From NCBI RefSeq assembly GCF_024223415.1, contig NZ_CP100500.1: a stretch of 64,000 bases of DNA; one strand, written 5' to 3'. A program made the position numbers and the translations under genes. The notes beneath the pieces were generated by a model, which did not search any database, had not been told where the DNA came from, and was given only the letters and a program-made list of their open reading frames with translations. Each line of letters begins with the position of its first letter. Within the stretch, counting starts at the first letter, position 1. This document shows positions 61,451 to 64,000 of this stretch, piece after piece. The stretch is from Escherichia coli (GTDB lineage Bacteria > Pseudomonadota > Gammaproteobacteria > Enterobacterales > Enterobacteriaceae).

Positions 61451-62100
61451 TTATGTAATCCTTCCCGTTCATCCAGCAACGCGTTTATCTGGTTCCGCCA
61501 GCGACGACATTGTCCTGCGTTGTCGATGATGTTGGCGAGAACGTCACGCTGGGAGACACCCGAATCGCGTAACCGGGTATCAGCGGTTTCAGGTTGCCCG
61601 GTCGCTGCGCCAGTGCCGGTGCCAGCGGTGGCAGTTGCGTCTGAATGACCGGTGTCGACGGATGCGTTGTCATATCCGAGTGCGGCGTTGTACTGGCGCA
61701 CGAAACCGCGAGTAAACACGCACTCAATGGGATGGCTCTTACCTTTTTCATCAATCCAGCGCTGTGTGACATCGTTAATTTGCCCCTGTAGTTGTTTGTT
61801 CCGGCTCTCCAGTTGAGCAATCTGCTCAAGGTAACTGGCTTCAGCCCGTTGCCCGGCGGCTACCTGCTCCTGATACCGTTTTGCCCATGCTCGCAATGCA
61901 GCGTTCTCAAGCATTGCCTGCTCCGTTTTGTATGTGTCGAATGCTGACTGCAACTCACTGATCGCCTTATCGCCGTTGCGCGTGGCGTTTTCATGCCCGC
62001 TTTTGTAGCCCAGGTAATAAAGTCCAATCAGAAAAGCATTTATGAGCACTGCCAGCAGCAGACTGCGCCACGGCAGATTTTTTAGCAGGTTAGTCCACAC
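61447..62100 (-). CDS. i-spanin (Rz-like)
   Basis: N-terminal TM LLLAVLINAFLIGLYYLGY, coiled-coil periplasmic domain, downstream of endolysin. Confidence 0.6.
   Translation of the reverse strand: MWTNLLKNLPWRSLLLAVLINAFLIGLYYLGYKSGHENATRNGDKAISELQSAFDTYKTEQAMLENAALRAWAKRYQEQVAAGQRAEASYLEQIAQLESRNKQLQGQINDVTQRWIDEKGKSHPIECVFTRGFVRQYNAALGYDNASVDTGHSDATATAGTGTGAATGQPETADTRLRDSGVSQRDVLANIIDNAGQCRRWRNQINALLDEREGLHK
61485..61751 (-). CDS. o-spanin (Rz1-like lipoprotein) embedded in alternate frame of the i-spanin gene
   Basis: MKKVRAIPLSACLLAVSCAST… lipobox (LAVSC) followed by Pro-rich segment, entirely inside Rz-like gene. Confidence 0.5.
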   Translation of the reverse strand: MKKVRAIPLSACLLAVSCASTTPHSDMTTHPSTPVIQTQLPPLAPALAQRPGNLKPLIPGYAIRVSPSVTFSPTSSTTQDNVVAGGTR

Positions 62101-62704
62101 AGCTGCCGCCCCCCCATGTCAGATAACGGGGGGCCAGTTCGTGCAGGATGCGCTGCGGATAATGACGGTTCTCCCGCCAGCTGGCAGCATTGCGTCCGGC
62201 ATTCACCGTGGCGACATGTCCGAACCAGCGCTGACTGTCCAGCCCCAGATTTGCGGCGAGCCGCTGGTCACGACGCACCCAGCCCGGGCCACCGTTATAG
62301 CCCGACAGTGTCATGGCCATACGCTCGCAGTCACTGGCGGCGCTGATGCGCTGCCACAGCCAGCGGTCATAGCTGACCAGCGCCCGGATGGCCCATGCCG
62401 GATTAAACGGCTCACGACTGCTCAGCGCCGGCATCAACTGGCTTATCCAGTCAGCGGTGGCGGGCATAAACTGCGCCAGCCCCTGAGCGCCCACCGGCGA
62501 GACCGCATCAGGCCGCCAGCCGCTTTCCTGATGCAGTTGCGCGGCGAAATCGGCCACCGGCGCAGACAGCCCCCATTCAAGCCGGGCATTACGGATCACA
62601 TCATCGCGATACTGCAGCGCAGCCTGCGGAGGCTGCGCTGCGCGGGCCTGACTGAAGAAGCCGCCACACCAGAGCAACATTGCGACAAAGAATACCCATG
62701 CCAT
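62090..62704 (-). CDS. endolysin, lytic transglycosylase (SLT domain) with N-terminal signal-anchor
   Basis: …ESGWRPDAVSPVGAQGLAQFMPATADW… SLT catalytic motif; hydrophobic N-terminus MAWVFFVAMLLWCGGFF. Confidence 0.75.
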   Translation of the reverse strand: MAWVFFVAMLLWCGGFFSQARAAQPPQAALQYRDDVIRNARLEWGLSAPVADFAAQLHQESGWRPDAVSPVGAQGLAQFMPATADWISQLMPALSSREPFNPAWAIRALVSYDRWLWQRISAASDCERMAMTLSGYNGGPGWVRRDQRLAANLGLDSQRWFGHVATVNAGRNAASWRENRHYPQRILHELAPRYLTWGGGSCVD

Positions 62705-62826
62705 ATGAACCAGAAAGGTCCCGACACGGACTGACAGGCGTTCGGTTCTGATGAAGACCAGAAAGGCTTCGAAAGCCAGTTTCAGGGACATGCATACAAT
62801 CCAGGTGCTCTGTGGCCAGTTCATGA

Positions 62827-63177
62827 TTAAAGCCCCATCGCAACAGCCAGACAGACAGCTGCAACAATCAGTGCACGGCGGATTAACGCAGCAGAAAAAA
62901 CCAGGTGAAGGCCGGTCTGTACGGGCCAGCGCCCCTCAGCCATGAGGCGCTCGTCATGCTTCAGGTACTGCCCCGGACGGGCCTTCGGGAAGAGTGAGCG
63001 GTCCAGCCAGTAGCCGAGCACGGCGGCGAGGGAGATGAGAGAGAGCTTGTACACCACCACCGGCAACTGCTGGGGCGAGACCAGCGCGATGATGAGGAGT
63101 AGCAGCACGGCCGCAACAAGCCATCCACGCAGGCGGGTTTTTTGTACGTCAGCGATAAGGGAAGTGAATGGTTTCAT
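62827..63177 (-). CDS. holin-like membrane protein
   Basis: 116 aa, hydrophobic TM segments, immediately upstream of endolysin. Confidence 0.5.
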   Translation of the reverse strand: MKPFTSLIADVQKTRLRGWLVAAVLLLLIIALVSPQQLPVVVYKLSLISLAAVLGYWLDRSLFPKARPGQYLKHDERLMAEGRWPVQTGLHLVFSAALIRRALIVAAVCLAVAMGL

Positions 63178-63308
63178 GAAAATGTCTCCTTGTTGTGTGG
63201 AGACAGCATGGCAAAAGCGTGGCGCGGAGGATTTTAAAGCGCGTTAAGAGAGAGGCGTGTTCGGGGTATGCAGAATACACGCTGGATCACTCACAAAGGA
63301 GATACAGA

Positions 63309-63857
63309 ATGACAGTCACACCGAAGCCGACCATCACCGTCAGAGTGTCCGGGCCTGTGGGCAGCGGTAAAAGTTACGTTCTGACGCGTATAAAAGAGAT
63401 GGTGAAAAAGGAATTTGGAAAAAGCGTCATTGTCGATGCCGCAGTTGTGGACGACGAGCGTATCTGTCGGACGAATGAGCTGCTTCAGGAGCAACTCATG
63501 AAGGTGTTACGCAAACTCACCGGTCAGACAACAAAATGTTTTTCAGCCCCGGAGTACGGGATACAGGAACACATCCCGGTGAACATGCCCCCCGTTAACC
63601 AGCCTCCCCGGTTCTTCGACGAATACATTCTGACACCGGAAAATAAAGCTGAGCATGAAGAGATCAAAGCGGCGTTGTTCCGGGAAATCAGGAAGATTGC
63701 TGAAATGCAGCTGGAGGGCGGGCTGGACAGAGTGATGGCGAGAGGAGAATGGGAATCGCTGTTTGAAAGAGTTTCCCCGGAATTGCTTCCCCTCGCACTG
63801 GCTATCGGGATTATGCAGACAGCGGATAAACCTCACTTACGTTCATTAAACACGTAA
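63309..63857 (+). CDS. hypothetical P-loop protein (GPVGSGKS), oriented opposite to phage late genes
   Basis: 182 aa from ATG 63309 with AAGGAG RBS; Walker A-like VSGPVGSGKSYVL; no Walker B obvious. Confidence 0.5.
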   Translation: MTVTPKPTITVRVSGPVGSGKSYVLTRIKEMVKKEFGKSVIVDAAVVDDERICRTNELLQEQLMKVLRKLTGQTTKCFSAPEYGIQEHIPVNMPPVNQPPRFFDEYILTPENKAEHEEIKAALFREIRKIAEMQLEGGLDRVMARGEWESLFERVSPELLPLALAIGIMQTADKPHLRSLNT

Positions 63858-64000
63858 CGCATAATCCGGGATACGCATTCAGCGATGACTGCATTTTCAC
63901 CGGTTTTTACTGCATCCAGAAGTGACTCTTTAAATGGTACGGGCCGGGGCTGCAGAAAGGTCGGCATGGCATTGAGCAGACAGAGCGTTTTTTCCGTGAG

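Larger units (their letters stand above)
38063..64000 (-). mobile_element. Mu-like transposable prophage (right/late-gene part; continues beyond window end)
   Basis: Collinear minus-strand late module in Mu order: lysis, terminase, portal, F, G, I, major head, sheath, tube, tape measure, baseplate, tail fiber, tfa, invertase; terminal 5'-TG with MuA-site-like repeats at 38063-38108. Confidence 0.8.

Noticed and set aside
63838-64000. Partial minus-strand reading frame at the window edge, possibly a Mu C/Mor-like late activator
   Set aside because: Fragment too short and with no recognisable motif; could not be supported.
1-64000. tRNA or rRNA genes as island integration targets
   Set aside because: No T-loop GGTTCGAATCC-type motif with an appropriate acceptor stem, and no rRNA-like segment, seen by inspection.

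Overview
Enterobacterial (E. coli/Shigella-like, judged from protein similarity only) accessory region in three parts. (1) 1-29.9 kb: a mosaic, decayed island. It holds a YeeP-like GTPase, an AT-rich orphan gene, a CP4-57/P4-satellite-like module (four inovirus-Gp2/YfjJ-family paralogs, a DUF3987/YfjI-like gene, AlpA), acetyltransferase+esterase cargo, a frameshifted SF1 helicase-ankyrin fusion next to an Rpn nuclease, IS66/IS110 remnants, orphan sitA with intact MntR/Fur boxes beside a truncated sitB, a DoxX protein, a DolP/YraP paralog, an LPS-modification cluster (deacetylase, GT4 glycosyltransferase, doubly disrupted phosphoethanolamine transferase, LpxM/MsbB paralog) and a TPR protein. 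(2) 29.9-38.06 kb: inositol catabolism genes (iolR, iolA/mmsA, iolD, iolG) plus an ABC transporter whose ATPase gene is cut off at about 38.06 kb. (3) 38.06-64 kb: a Mu-like transposable prophage, all on the minus strand (tail fiber, baseplate, tape measure, sheath/tube, head, portal, terminase, lysis cassette), with a Mu-type end and a decayed Gin/Pin-like invertase at the junction. Many genes are frameshifted or truncated, several at homopolymer tracts. No rRNA, tRNA or CRISPR was found. The strongest candidates for an undescribed system are the helicase-ankyrin/Rpn module, the AT-rich orphan gene at 583-1806 and a divergently oriented P-loop gene inside the prophage; none can be assigned a function from sequence alone. 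All calls rest on reading the translations and motifs by eye; no database search was run.
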